A stretch of 64,000 bases of DNA from Myxococcota bacterium (GCA_023150835.1 JAKLKB010000013.1:1-64000); one strand, 5' to 3'. Numbered from the stretch's first letter, positions 38,280-48,711 are shown. Notes: generated from the letters alone by a model not told the origin. A program made the numbers and translations.

Positions 38280-38875
38280 CGAGCTTGGGCTTCGCGAACT
38301 TTGGCTTCGATTTCTTTAAGGACTTCGAAGGTGACCATCGAGAGGGCGCGGGCGCGTTGTGCAGCGGGATCGGGGGTGGGTTTTTCGCCCTTGGCTTTTT
38401 GGGCGTTCATTTTTTCTTCGTCGTGGGTGATGGCGGTGCGGAAGTCTTCGGCAGCTTCGAGGACTTGGCCTTTGCGCAAGCGGATCTCGCCACGGTTGAC
38501 CATCGCGCAGATATCTTTCGCGTCCGTTTTCAGGGCGGTGTTGAACTCTTCGAGAGCTTCGTCATACTTTTCTTGGGCTTCAAGGATCGAACCCAAGGCG
38601 GTGTGGTAGTAGGCGACGTTGGGGTTCAAGGCGACAAGACCTTCGAAGATGGTCGCGGCTTCGGTGTACTTCCCTTGGTTGTAGAAGAAGTAGCCTTGGT
38701 TGGCCCATGCCAAGAGGACATCATCGGAAAGGTTGAAGAAATCTTGGAACGTCACATCACCGTTGATGAGTGCCTCCAGCTGTTCCTCGGAGATGGAAGA
38801 TTCTCCGCCGGATTTGCTGGATGCGGTGGGTGGAGCGGGGATTTCCTCGGGTAAACCTTTTTTCTTTTGGGTCAA
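38261..38875 (-). CDS. SycD/LcrH-type (class II T3SS chaperone) TPR protein
   Basis: G.VTFQDFFNLS, GYFFYNQGKYTEAATIFEGLVALNP..AYYHTALG; three TPRs; adjacent to sctV; TTG start after GGAGG. Confidence 0.75.
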   Translation of the reverse strand: MTQKKKGLPEEIPAPPTASSKSGGESSISEEQLEALINGDVTFQDFFNLSDDVLLAWANQGYFFYNQGKYTEAATIFEGLVALNPNVAYYHTALGSILEAQEKYDEALEEFNTALKTDAKDICAMVNRGEIRLRKGQVLEAAEDFRTAITHDEEKMNAQKAKGEKPTPDPAAQRARALSMVTFEVLKEIEAKVREAQARGEIIE

Positions 38876-38988
38876 GAGACACCTCCGTAGGGATTGAATT
38901 GCCTTTTCTCTAACACGGGCGACATGTTGTGCGCGAAAGCAACCGACGAAACAATCGGAACCAACAGAAACCCACAAGCGAACATCCC

Positions 38989-39003
38989 GCAAGGTGCGGG
39001 CCT
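38989..39003 (-). promoter_or_regulatory. Candidate sigma-54 (-24/-12) promoter for the chaperone and sctV genes
   Basis: Minus strand AGGCCCGCACCTTGC versus consensus TGGCACGNNNNTTGC, with GG-N10-GC spacing. Confidence 0.4.
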
Positions 39004-39383
39004 TCCTGTCGTGGGTTTGTCACAGGCTTCGTATTGGCTTCGTATCGACAACCTCTTCTTTCATACCTTTCTGAAAAAAGAAGTCAAGCACGTTGTGTAT
39101 GCGTATGTGTGCGTTTGTTGTGGGTTCGTACCTGTTTGGATCTTGTGGATTATCCGCAAGGATCAAGGCAGCGGTGGGCTTGGCAAAAAACAACAGCGAT
39201 CCGTCCAAAACCGTTTGTGTCTCGGCGTGGGCATAGCGAAACGCACGCACCCATCCGCCTTGTCCACGAAGAGAAGAACCACCACAGCGAAAACATCCTA
39301 CTCACTTTTCTTTGTGCGCGTCAAGCGAAGATTTTCATCAACCCCCCCCGTCCTATCAAAGCAAGATCGAGGGGTATCGCACT

Positions 39384-39764
39384 TCAAGAAGATATCTTTG
39401 GGAAGCATCCTCGGCGCTGTGAAATGGGCGGTTTGGGTTTTTCATCGTCGGGGAGGATGCACTTGTATCCTTCGCGGCAATCGTCTTCGGCCCAACACCG
39501 GGCCAAACAGCGCTGCAACAAGATCGGCGCAACGGGCCCATCCGGGATGCTTTCGATCCGCACGCAAAAGCTGCGTGTTGGGCAAGGCAAGGCCGCCGAG
39601 CAAGCCATCGTGCAGTATCCTTCGGGCGCTCCGAGATCGCAGAACATCCCCGCTTGGCAGACGGTGTTTTCCGTACAAGACGCACCGATATCTCTGATCT
39701 CGGCCAAACATCCGCCCAAGATCACACACAGCACACCGATCCAACACACAACGCGCAACCACAT
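39384..39764 (-). CDS. Small Cys-rich lipoprotein
   Basis: Lipobox LGGC; IGASC....C, GYCTMAC, CLARC....DCREGYKC. Confidence 0.7.
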   Translation of the reverse strand: MWLRVVCWIGVLCVILGGCLAEIRDIGASCTENTVCQAGMFCDLGAPEGYCTMACSAALPCPTRSFCVRIESIPDGPVAPILLQRCLARCWAEDDCREGYKCILPDDEKPKPPISQRRGCFPKISS

Positions 39765-40061
39765 CTTCCCATCCCGCTATTTCGCTTTCATTCCTCGACC
39801 CACGAGAACACACGCAACCGATCGGCCCCATGATCATCCGCAGTGTGTACAACAGACCCAACCACAAAGGAATAGACTCTTGGGTGGCGGCGTCACTCAT
39901 CCAAAAAACGAAAGGGCGTTCATTTGACTGCACAACCCCCAACGTCCGCTGTGTCGCTGAAAAAACCCTTGTTCTCTTGCTCGATGTTCGTTAGATTGAG
40001 GCCGCACACAGCCGTCCGTTCTCGCCCAAACGTCCTATACGGACAGGAGGCCCCTATCACT

Positions 40062-41543
40062 ATGTTGCAAAAAAGAATTCTTGTGCTGTTCGCCTTTTGC
40101 TCGCTGATTGTGACTGGTCTTGCTTGCGAAACCACCGATAAAAACACGAAAGACAACAAAGAAGCCCAAAACAACGAAACTGCGATCGTAGAGGGCCGCA
40201 AACAGATCCAAAAACAGATCAACGATGGCAAACGCTACGACGCGATCAAACTGTTTCAAGATCAATCGACGCGCTCCCCCGACTCCGAAGTTGCGCATTA
40301 TCTTCATGGCTACGCGCTCAAAGATCCGCAAAAAAAATGGAAAGCCTTTGATCGCTGTTTGCGTGTCAATCCCAACCAATTTTGGTGCATGATCGGACGC
40401 GGCGAGATCTACGCCTTTTGGCGTGTTGCGGACCGCGCCACCGAAGACTTTGAAAATGCCCGAAAACTCCGCCCTCAACACCCCGACCCCTTGGTTGGGC
40501 TTGCCAACCTCGCAGAGTACCAACGCAAAGATGCCGAAGCCATCGCGCTTTATCAACAGGTTCTGGCAAAATCTCCCAACCACCCCGAAGCGCTGCTCGG
40601 CTTGGCACGCATCCATTACCGCAGCGGACAGTGGGCCGAAGCGATATCGTGGTTTAACAAGCGTCTTGATATCGAACCCAAACACTTCGAATCCCTCGAA
40701 CTGCTCGCCGATATCTATTACAACAAAACCAAACAATACGCCGCAGCTGTTCCGATCCTCGAAAAAGCCCTTGATATCCGCCCTCAACATCAAAAAATGC
40801 ATATGTTTCTCGCCGACGCCTACGAACGCACCAACGAAGAAGACAAAGCCCTCGAAGTCTACGAGCGTGCAAGCAAACTCCCGCAAGTCTTTTTTCTCAC
40901 CTTTTATCGGCTGGGTGTCTTGCGAGCCAAAAAGAACAAACGCGAAGGAGGCATCGAAGCTCTCGAAGTGGCCGTCAAACAACGCTCCGATCACGAACCC
41001 AGTTTGACGCTCCTTGCGCAGCTTTATATGCAAACCCAAAAACCTGAAAAAGCGCTCCCGCTGCTTCGGCGTCTCACTCGGATTAATGGGCAAAATCCAA
41101 CCTACCGAGCCGAACTTGCCCAAGCCTACGCGCAAAAAGAAGACTACGCCAACGCCCTCAAAGAGTACCAAGAGCTGATGCAGCTCAGCCCCGAAAACAC
41201 CCAGTACCGCTCCTCTTTGCGCAACCTCCTTGAAAAGCTCGGACTGAACGACGCCACCTACACCGCAAAAACCACCTCGGCGGTGATGGACAAAGGCAAG
41301 CGCACCATCCTTCGATGTTACCGAAACCGCCTGAAAGCCAACAAAAACCTTCGCGGCGATATCGAGGCTCTCTTGATCGTCTCTGCCAACGGGAAAGTCG
41401 AAAAAGTCACCCTCGGCGAAGTCAGCAAGCCCCTCGAAGACAAGATCGTCCAAGCCTGCGTACAGTGGACCTTTCTACTCGCTCGCTTCCCCCAGATCAC
41501 CCGCCGCGTTCGCCTCCGCTACCCCATCTCTTTCCGCCCCTGA
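40062..41543 (+). CDS. TPR lipoprotein with AgmX/PglI-type (TonB-C-like) C-terminal domain
   Basis: AGGAGG RBS; lipobox GLAC; many TPRs; ILRCY...L..N.NLRG.I.....V..NGKV...ACV......RFP. Confidence 0.8.
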   Translation: MLQKRILVLFAFCSLIVTGLACETTDKNTKDNKEAQNNETAIVEGRKQIQKQINDGKRYDAIKLFQDQSTRSPDSEVAHYLHGYALKDPQKKWKAFDRCLRVNPNQFWCMIGRGEIYAFWRVADRATEDFENARKLRPQHPDPLVGLANLAEYQRKDAEAIALYQQVLAKSPNHPEALLGLARIHYRSGQWAEAISWFNKRLDIEPKHFESLELLADIYYNKTKQYAAAVPILEKALDIRPQHQKMHMFLADAYERTNEEDKALEVYERASKLPQVFFLTFYRLGVLRAKKNKREGGIEALEVAVKQRSDHEPSLTLLAQLYMQTQKPEKALPLLRRLTRINGQNPTYRAELAQAYAQKEDYANALKEYQELMQLSPENTQYRSSLRNLLEKLGLNDATYTAKTTSAVMDKGKRTILRCYRNRLKANKNLRGDIEALLIVSANGKVEKVTLGEVSKPLEDKIVQACVQWTFLLARFPQITRRVRLRYPISFRP

Positions 41544-41578
41544 TCTCCCCCGACTCACCGCACAAAACACCGATAAGC

Positions 41579-43642
41579 TTATTTTTTCCAAGTACGGATA
41601 TCGATATTGTTGTCGTTGGCGCGGAGGTTCACTTTGTAGTTGGAGATGTAAGAGATATCGTTGTCGATGACTTGATCGGCAAAGAAGCCAAAGGCCCCAC
41701 GATAGGGCGTATCCTCACCTGCGAGCTTTTCCTTTTTCCACTGATTGTCGCCTTCACGGATGGCGATCTTGAGGGCTTGGGTGGTGGCGTCTTGGTAGAC
41801 GATGCGGGGTTCGCCTTGGCTATCGACGGCCAACGAACAATCCGCAAGCATCCGCTTGTCTCCGCCGTTGGGATCGAGCAAACCGTCGTCGACGAGTTCT
41901 TCTTTTTCGACTTTGAGATCTTTGCCGAGGCGCATGTAATGGACTTCGGTGTCGGTGGCGTTGATGTAAGCGATGTGGATGCGCCCCGTTGTATCGACCA
42001 TGACGGAGGGGAATTGCCCTTCGTTGCGCTTGCCTTTGGAAAGAACGGTGGGTGTAAAGGGTACGCTGGCGGATTCTTGTTTGGCGAGTTTGAGCAGGCC
42101 CTTGAGGTTGTCGTAGTAAGCGACGATCACACCGCCCCCTTCGATGGACGCGATGGAGGGGAAGAGACCAACGCCCGGAGGCAAGGGCGGATTGGGATCA
42201 GCATCGATCGTTTTGAGGCAGATATCATTCCAGCAGATCTCGCCTTTGGCCGCGCAAGGCGTTTTGCATTTGCTGGCATCGGCGGTGGGAGCGCGACAAA
42301 CAGCTTGGCCGCCGTCGTTCACACAGACTTCTTTTTTTGCAGCGTCACATTTTCCAGAACAAGAGGGCAGTTTGGCGCTGTCAGCATCGGCGATCAACCA
42401 GTCGGCATCGGCCTTGGGAGCGGGGACTTTTCCACGCGCCACGCGGAGGACGCTATCGCCCGCAGTATCGGTCTTTACGAAGTAAGCGATGGCAGGGACA
42501 CCGTTGGAGTCAAGCGTAATCGACGTAAAGCGACCCACCCCTTTTCCGTTGTTGTCCACGACGTGGAGGGACCACGTGCCATTTTCTTTGCGTGCGTATT
42601 TGAGTGTCCCGTTGGTCTCGTCGTAGTACGAGATGTGAAGCGTACCGCCCGTTCCAACGGCCAACGAGGTATGTTTGCCGACATCATCGCCCGGATCGCC
42701 GATCCCGCCACGAGGACCATCGACGGCACCTTTGACGGTGCCGTTGGCAGGCACTCCGTCGACAAACTCCCAAGTAAACGAACCATCGGCTTTTCGAGTG
42801 CCAACAACCAGATCTCCGTAAGTCTTGTTGTAGCCGCTGATCACCACCTGACCGCTCACCAGACCGATCTCCGAGAAAAGGCCGTTTTCGCCCAATTCAA
42901 GGGCTGGTTTTTTCACGCACCGACAATCGGGTCCCGTGATCTTGCAGCTTGATGGATCGACTTTAAACTGCGTAGGATCGGGCTTATCGAAGCCCTTTTC
43001 ACAGGTCAGCGTTTCGCAAGGCGCGGGGTTGTTGACGCACTGATCTTGCTGCGCGTTGCAGCACTTCCCTTCGCCACAATCGGCACCACCGCAAGGTAGC
43101 TGGCACTTACATTGACCGCTCACGCAGCTTGGTTGGATGCCTTCGTTACAGGTGATGGGCTGGATACAAGTGTTTTTGCCACCTGCACGGCAGTCTTCGT
43201 CGACGACACAACGGCGGAAGTTGCACTTTTTGCCGGTGCCGTTGCCAAAGTCACAGCAGATCTTTTCGCCTGTGCAATCCTTGTCTGCGGTGCATCCGTC
43301 CGAGGGTTTGGGGACGCAAGTTCCCAAGATCACGTCGCAGATCTCGTTGGGTCCGCACTCTGAATCTTTTGTGCAACGAGAGGGCTTGCATTGACCGCCT
43401 TTACAAACAAGGCCGGTCGGACAATCTTTGTCTTCTTTACAGATATCGGTGGTTGGTTTACAGACGCCTTGGCCGCTAGACTTGTCGCAATAACAACGGT
43501 TTGCGTTGCACTTTTCGCCAACGCACTCCGCATCATCAACGCAAGAGAAGACGCCCACATCCCCGCAATTGCATCCTTCGGTATAAAAAGCAAAAGGCAA
43601 AAAAAGGAACAACAAAAACACTCTCGACGAGCGTCTCAACAT
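41579..43642 (-). CDS. Cys-rich secreted/lipoprotein with C-terminal beta-propeller
   Basis: AAGGAGG RBS; EGCNCG; repeated C..D.DC modules; propeller blades (DVGKHTSLAV...LHISYYD..NGTLKYAR). Confidence 0.8.
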   Translation of the reverse strand: MLRRSSRVFLLFLFLPFAFYTEGCNCGDVGVFSCVDDAECVGEKCNANRCYCDKSSGQGVCKPTTDICKEDKDCPTGLVCKGGQCKPSRCTKDSECGPNEICDVILGTCVPKPSDGCTADKDCTGEKICCDFGNGTGKKCNFRRCVVDEDCRAGGKNTCIQPITCNEGIQPSCVSGQCKCQLPCGGADCGEGKCCNAQQDQCVNNPAPCETLTCEKGFDKPDPTQFKVDPSSCKITGPDCRCVKKPALELGENGLFSEIGLVSGQVVISGYNKTYGDLVVGTRKADGSFTWEFVDGVPANGTVKGAVDGPRGGIGDPGDDVGKHTSLAVGTGGTLHISYYDETNGTLKYARKENGTWSLHVVDNNGKGVGRFTSITLDSNGVPAIAYFVKTDTAGDSVLRVARGKVPAPKADADWLIADADSAKLPSCSGKCDAAKKEVCVNDGGQAVCRAPTADASKCKTPCAAKGEICWNDICLKTIDADPNPPLPPGVGLFPSIASIEGGGVIVAYYDNLKGLLKLAKQESASVPFTPTVLSKGKRNEGQFPSVMVDTTGRIHIAYINATDTEVHYMRLGKDLKVEKEELVDDGLLDPNGGDKRMLADCSLAVDSQGEPRIVYQDATTQALKIAIREGDNQWKKEKLAGEDTPYRGAFGFFADQVIDNDISYISNYKVNLRANDNNIDIRTWKK

Positions 43643-43916
43643 GGACATCCTCCTTGGGTCGATCCCATCCAAACAAGCGAAGTGTTTTGTGATGCCGAGG
43701 TGAGGCCCCAAATAACAGTATCGGATCAGCCCGATTCATCGAAACCACCACACGCCACCGCGCAGGCAACATACATCTGTTTGGTGGTAGCAGATGACCA
43801 CCCTCCTGTCAACTACAGCTATCGGCAAGACAAACGATGTAATGTCAACGATATCGCGCTTTTCTTCACACTCCACAGACACGCCGCCCACCTTGTACCC
43901 CTCACGCGGCAGAAGT

Positions 43917-45029
43917 TCACACCATCGGACTTGCGGGGCGCGCATCCCTCACCCACGCCTCCCATCGCTGCGAAGGCATCCGCCAAAAGATCCACAACCC
44001 CAAAGCCCCTGTGACGATCGCAAGAAATTGTCCCGGCGTATAACCCGCATAACGGGCCTCATCGACACGCAGGACGTCCATCGCAAAACGAACCGGGGCA
44101 TACGCCACCATCCAAAACCCCAGAGACGCCCCGATCCTTCGGTGTAGATCGCGACTGCTTCGAAAGTTGATCCACACCAACACCCCCAACAAGAGGGCTT
44201 CTAAGACGCCCAAATCGTATCTCGGATGCGTCCGAAATTGCGCATTTTCCGCCCAAAAGACATGGATTTGCTCGATCTGGGCGTGGGTGGCGTCTTCCCA
44301 AAATCGCACCGGCCAATGCAGCGTCAAGCCCTTGAGCAACCACCCCAAAAATGGATGCGCAACAAACGCCATCATCCCCGCACCAACGACCACAAAAAAA
44401 CTTGAAACGCTCCAAAAAGGTTGTTCTTCCCATCGGCTCCACAAAAAAGCCAGCCACACCCCCACAAACAACACGGCCAACCAAAACCTCCACGAATCCA
44501 ACGGCAAGATCTCGACCAACACCGCCGTCTGATCGGTGGGATAGAAGATCCCAACATCGCCCAGATGTTGTGGCTTTCCCGGGAACCAAACCCCCGGATG
44601 ATCATGCGCGATCGCACACCCCAACCGCCCTAAAAAAAAGGCCGGCAAAAATCCGTAAGACATCACCTCCAAATACGGAAACAACGGAGCCCCCCGCCAA
44701 CGCAAGTACACAACGATCACCAACAGCCCCCCCAAAAATCCCCCAAACGAAGAGATCCCCATCCAAGGCGCAAACAAACGCAGCGGATTTTCCAAGACTT
44801 TCTCAGGAAAGTACAACAGATCCGAAAACACATGCGACAGAAAAAAGCCACCCACCACCGCCCAAAAGATCGTATCGATCGTCAAGTTGGCGTCCAACCC
44901 CACCGCTTCCGCACGCTGGCGCGCCAAACGCGCCCCCCACACCACCCCCAACGCGATCAAGATCCCAAACACTTGCACCGAAAAAAAGTTCCCAAACTTG
45001 TAGACGGGAACATGAAGATAAGGCAACAT
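43917..45029 (-). CDS. lgt: Prolipoprotein diacylglyceryl transferase
   Basis: GISSFGGFLG, GRLGC.IAHDHPG, RYDLG, YAPVRFAMDVLR, RYAGYTPGQ; start at MLPY (ATG 45029). Confidence 0.85.
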   Translation of the reverse strand: MLPYLHVPVYKFGNFFSVQVFGILIALGVVWGARLARQRAEAVGLDANLTIDTIFWAVVGGFFLSHVFSDLLYFPEKVLENPLRLFAPWMGISSFGGFLGGLLVIVVYLRWRGAPLFPYLEVMSYGFLPAFFLGRLGCAIAHDHPGVWFPGKPQHLGDVGIFYPTDQTAVLVEILPLDSWRFWLAVLFVGVWLAFLWSRWEEQPFWSVSSFFVVVGAGMMAFVAHPFLGWLLKGLTLHWPVRFWEDATHAQIEQIHVFWAENAQFRTHPRYDLGVLEALLLGVLVWINFRSSRDLHRRIGASLGFWMVAYAPVRFAMDVLRVDEARYAGYTPGQFLAIVTGALGLWIFWRMPSQRWEAWVRDARPASPMV

Positions 45030-45092
45030 AACCACTCCAGACGTAAATCGCCGAACCATCGGCCAAAAGGACGAAAAGAAAGTTTTCCTGCG

Positions 45093-46592
45093 ATGCAACG
45101 GTACTATTACATGATCCAGCGCGACGGGCGCTATGCCCTCGGCCAAACGCACCGAATTCACGCCTTGATCACCGACCCCCACACCCCAGAAGACCACCCC
45201 GAACGCCTGTGGCTGATGGCCGATAAAGCCCTTTCTTCCTCCGAGCAGGCCTACCTCGAACGCCTGTTGGAGATGGCCGAAGATACGCCTTTTGGCCCCA
45301 CGCTCGCTGTGTCTGAAACAGAAGCCAAGCGCATCTTGGATGCCTTACAAAAAAAATCCCTTCAAGACAAAGCCGACACGCCCGACGCTCCCGATCATAC
45401 GGTCCCTCCCACCACACCACCCAAAACAGCGAGGCATCCGTCCCATCCCATCGAGCAGTCCACAAAACACACCCATTCGCACCATCCCATCGAGCAATCC
45501 GCAAAACACACCCATTCGCACCATCCCATCGAGCAATCCGCAAAACACACCCATTCGCACCATCCCATCGAGCAATCCGCAAAACACACCCACTCGCACC
45601 ATCCCATCGAGCAATCCGCCGAAACGACCGCGCCACGTCAGATATCCTTCCTTGATGCCAAAGCACAGATCACCCTTCCAACAGCCCCCTCAGGAGGATC
45701 ACGCCGTCATCCGCGCATCGACGCTTGGCCCGATCCTGCTCAATCGGCCCTTCGTCCAACGCATCCGACGTTATCTTCTTCCGACGAACCTCTGACAGGA
45801 GGGCAAGAGATCGCCTCGAACCGTCCCCTTGCTCAGCGGCAAGGGCTTCTTCAACAAAGTCTGTTTGGTCGATGGCAACAGGGAGATATCCTGTCTTTGC
45901 ACACAGAAACAAATGGGGATCTGCTTCTTCGCTTGATGGATGTCGACGCCCTCCAACGCCTGTTGCGGCTCCGAGATGCGTTTCATCAACAAGAATCGAC
46001 CGTCTCCGCGCTTTTCTCTCCCGTTGACTTGCTGCTTGCGGCGGTGCAAAACAAGCCACCGTACCCGATGCAGCCGAACCAAGCCTACTTTGTGTATCAG
46101 CCGATCCACCTGTATCGTCGGCTCTTTGGCTCGTGGCTCCCCGACGACAGCGCGCACGAAGTCCACGCCTTTTTCAACGAACAGATCGACGCAGAAGAAT
46201 GCTTTCTCTGTCTCGGTCGCCCCTTTCAAAGCCGAAGAACCCACGCGCAGCGCGGCGAGATGGGAACGTATCGAGGTGAAGTCGTGCGATCTTGGGTGAT
46301 CCCACTCCTCCAAGATCCGTCCACAGACCTCTTTGAAAAACTCTTGCGCGACGCCCAAATCCGCTGCCCAATTTATGACCAAAACCTCGGCCATTTGGGA
46401 GAGATGGAATTTTACTTTCGATTGCTCCAACAACTTGGCCTCCATCCCGACCACATCCTCGAAGAGATCGAAGATATCATCCCGATTGATAGCCTTTGCC
46501 GGCTACTGGAGGTGGATCGCCCTCCGCTCACCCCTGACCGCGAGTCAGATGATCTGCCACCCTTCGCCCGTGATCAAGACGACGACTTCTGA
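45093..46592 (+). CDS. Hypothetical protein with His-rich internal repeats
   Basis: Long ORF divergent from lgt, with codon usage like its neighbours; family not recognised. Confidence 0.65.
   Translation: MQRYYYMIQRDGRYALGQTHRIHALITDPHTPEDHPERLWLMADKALSSSEQAYLERLLEMAEDTPFGPTLAVSETEAKRILDALQKKSLQDKADTPDAPDHTVPPTTPPKTARHPSHPIEQSTKHTHSHHPIEQSAKHTHSHHPIEQSAKHTHSHHPIEQSAKHTHSHHPIEQSAETTAPRQISFLDAKAQITLPTAPSGGSRRHPRIDAWPDPAQSALRPTHPTLSSSDEPLTGGQEIASNRPLAQRQGLLQQSLFGRWQQGDILSLHTETNGDLLLRLMDVDALQRLLRLRDAFHQQESTVSALFSPVDLLLAAVQNKPPYPMQPNQAYFVYQPIHLYRRLFGSWLPDDSAHEVHAFFNEQIDAEECFLCLGRPFQSRRTHAQRGEMGTYRGEVVRSWVIPLLQDPSTDLFEKLLRDAQIRCPIYDQNLGHLGEMEFYFRLLQQLGLHPDHILEEIEDIIPIDSLCRLLEVDRPPLTPDRESDDLPPFARDQDDDF
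45444..45620 (+). repeat. 39-bp in-frame tandem repeat (HPIEQSAKHTHSH, about 4.5 copies)
   Basis: catcccatcgagca at 45444, 45483, 45522, 45561 and 45600. Confidence 0.9.
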
Positions 46593-46685
46593 TGCGGCTG
46601 TTTTTTCTTCACGAAAACGTAAGAGCCTTCTATCTATTTATTCTATAATATGTTTTTTTGCTTCGATTCGTGCGCGCATGATTTC

Positions 46686-46713
46686 TTGACAAGGGGAGGG
46701 TGGTGGTTATGTT
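46686..46713 (+). promoter_or_regulatory. Candidate sigma-70 promoter of dnaK
   Basis: TTGACA-16 nt-TATGTT. Confidence 0.45.
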
Positions 46714-46830
46714 CTGTCTCGCATTAGGACATGAAACCTGCCAAATAAGGCGATCTACCCGCATTATCTGGACTGATTGCACCGCGAAAACCTCTCGACA
46801 GGCACACTTGCGGCTAGAGGAGATTTTTTT

Positions 46831-48711
46831 ATGGGTAAAGTGATTGGTATCGATCTAGGAACCACCAACTCCGTTGTAGCGGTCATGGAAGGCAGCGAGC
46901 CCAAAGTGATCGTCAACCAAGAAGGCTCACGCACCACCCCCTCTGTGGTGGCCTTTACAGATACAGGAGAACGCCTCGTTGGCCAAGTCGCCAAGCGCCA
47001 GGCGATTACCAACCCCGAACGCACCATCTACTCGATCAAACGCTTCATGGGCAACCGCTTCAACGAAGTGACCGACGAGATCAAACGCGTCCCCTACAAA
47101 GTGGTCCGAGGCAACAACGAAGACGCCCGCGTCAACATCGACGGAAAACAACACTCGCCGCCCGAGATCAGCGCAGTCATCCTCCAAAAACTCAAACAAG
47201 CCGCCGAAGATTACCTCAGTGAAGCCGTCACCAAGGCCGTGATCACCGTCCCTGCTTACTTCAACGACTCACAACGCCAAGCCACCAAAGATGCCGGCCA
47301 GATCGCAGGACTCGAAGTCCTACGGATCGTCAACGAACCCACCGCCGCCGCGATGGCTTACAGCCTTCAAGAGAAAAAAGAACACAAGATCGCCGTGTAT
47401 GACTTTGGCGGTGGTACCTTCGATATCTCTATCCTCGAGGTCGGCGATAGCGTGATCCAAGTCCTCTCCACCAACGGCGACACACACCTCGGTGGCGATA
47501 GCATCGACGAAGAGATCATTGAGTATCTGATCAAAGAATTCAAACGCGACAGTGGTATCGATGTCACAGGCGACAAGATGGTGTTGCAGCGCCTCAAAGA
47601 AGCCGCTGAAAAGGCCAAGATTGAACTCTCCAGCGCCATGGAAACGGAGATCAATCTGCCCTTTTTGACCGCCGATCAAAAAGGCCCCAAGCACCTCCAG
47701 ATGAAGCTCACCCGCCCCAAACTTGAGCAACTGATGGACGACCTGATCACCAAAACCAAAGCCCCCTGCATCCAAGCTCTCAAAGACGCCAAGCTTTCGG
47801 CCTCGGAAGTCGACGAAGTAATCCTCGTCGGTGGATCGACCCGTATCCCCGCCGTTCAAGCACTCGTCAAACAAATCTTCGGAAAAGATCCCCACAAAGG
47901 CGTCAACCCCGACGAAGTCGTCGCCCTCGGTGCTGCCGTCCAAGCCGGTATCCTCGCAGGCGACGTCAAAGACCTACTCCTGCTCGATGTCACCCCCCTC
48001 TCGCTCGGGATCGAAACCCTTGGCGGCGTCTTTACCAAGCTGATCGAACGCAACACCACGATACCCACCCGCAAGTCCGACACCTTCTCCACCGCAGCAG
48101 ACGGCCAAACCTCCGTCGAGATCCACGTCCTCCAAGGCGAACGCGAACTCGCCAAACACAACCGCACCCTCGCTCGCTTCCACCTCGAAGGCATCCCGCC
48201 AGCCCCTCGCGGCATTCCCCAGATCGAAGTGACCTTTGATATCGACGCCAACGGTATCCTCCATGTCTCCGCTGTCGACAAAGCCACCAGCAAAAAACAA
48301 AACGTCCGTGTCGAATCGTCTTCGACGCTTTCCGATGACGACATCAAACGCATGGTCAATGAGTCTGAACGCTTCGCCGAAGAAGACAAAAAACGCCGCG
48401 AAGTGATCGAAGTCAAAAACGCGGCAGACACCATGCTCTACCGCACCGAAAAAATGCTCAAAGAAAGCAGCGACAAGATCGCCGCCCCCAAAAAAGTGGC
48501 TCTCGAATCCAAGCTCGAAAAACTCCGTCAACTCAAAGATTCGAGCGAAGATCTACAAGAGATCAAATCCTTGATGGAAGAGATCGAAAAAGAAACCTAC
48601 GCCATCGCCGAAGATCTGTACAAAAATGCCAGCGACAACGGCGCAGCATCGGGCGGTTCAGCAGGTGGCGATGACGATGTCATCGACGCCGAATACGAAG
48701 ACAAGAAATAA
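46831..48711 (+). CDS. dnaK: Chaperone DnaK
   Basis: [71 protein letters not shown]. Confidence 0.98.
   Translation: MGKVIGIDLGTTNSVVAVMEGSEPKVIVNQEGSRTTPSVVAFTDTGERLVGQVAKRQAITNPERTIYSIKRFMGNRFNEVTDEIKRVPYKVVRGNNEDARVNIDGKQHSPPEISAVILQKLKQAAEDYLSEAVTKAVITVPAYFNDSQRQATKDAGQIAGLEVLRIVNEPTAAAMAYSLQEKKEHKIAVYDFGGGTFDISILEVGDSVIQVLSTNGDTHLGGDSIDEEIIEYLIKEFKRDSGIDVTGDKMVLQRLKEAAEKAKIELSSAMETEINLPFLTADQKGPKHLQMKLTRPKLEQLMDDLITKTKAPCIQALKDAKLSASEVDEVILVGGSTRIPAVQALVKQIFGKDPHKGVNPDEVVALGAAVQAGILAGDVKDLLLLDVTPLSLGIETLGGVFTKLIERNTTIPTRKSDTFSTAADGQTSVEIHVLQGERELAKHNRTLARFHLEGIPPAPRGIPQIEVTFDIDANGILHVSAVDKATSKKQNVRVESSSTLSDDDIKRMVNESERFAEEDKKRREVIEVKNAADTMLYRTEKMLKESSDKIAAPKKVALESKLEKLRQLKDSSEDLQEIKSLMEEIEKETYAIAEDLYKNASDNGAASGGSAGGDDDVIDAEYEDKK

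Noticed and set aside
38894-39942. ORFs 38894..39697, 38929..39927, 39020..39250 and 39442..39942
   Set aside because: No motifs or convincing RBS; they overlap the lipoprotein gene or probable regulatory DNA
46593-46830. CIRCE operator before dnaK
   Set aside because: No TTAGCACTC-N9-GAGTGCTAA match, and hrcA, grpE and dnaJ are not adjacent
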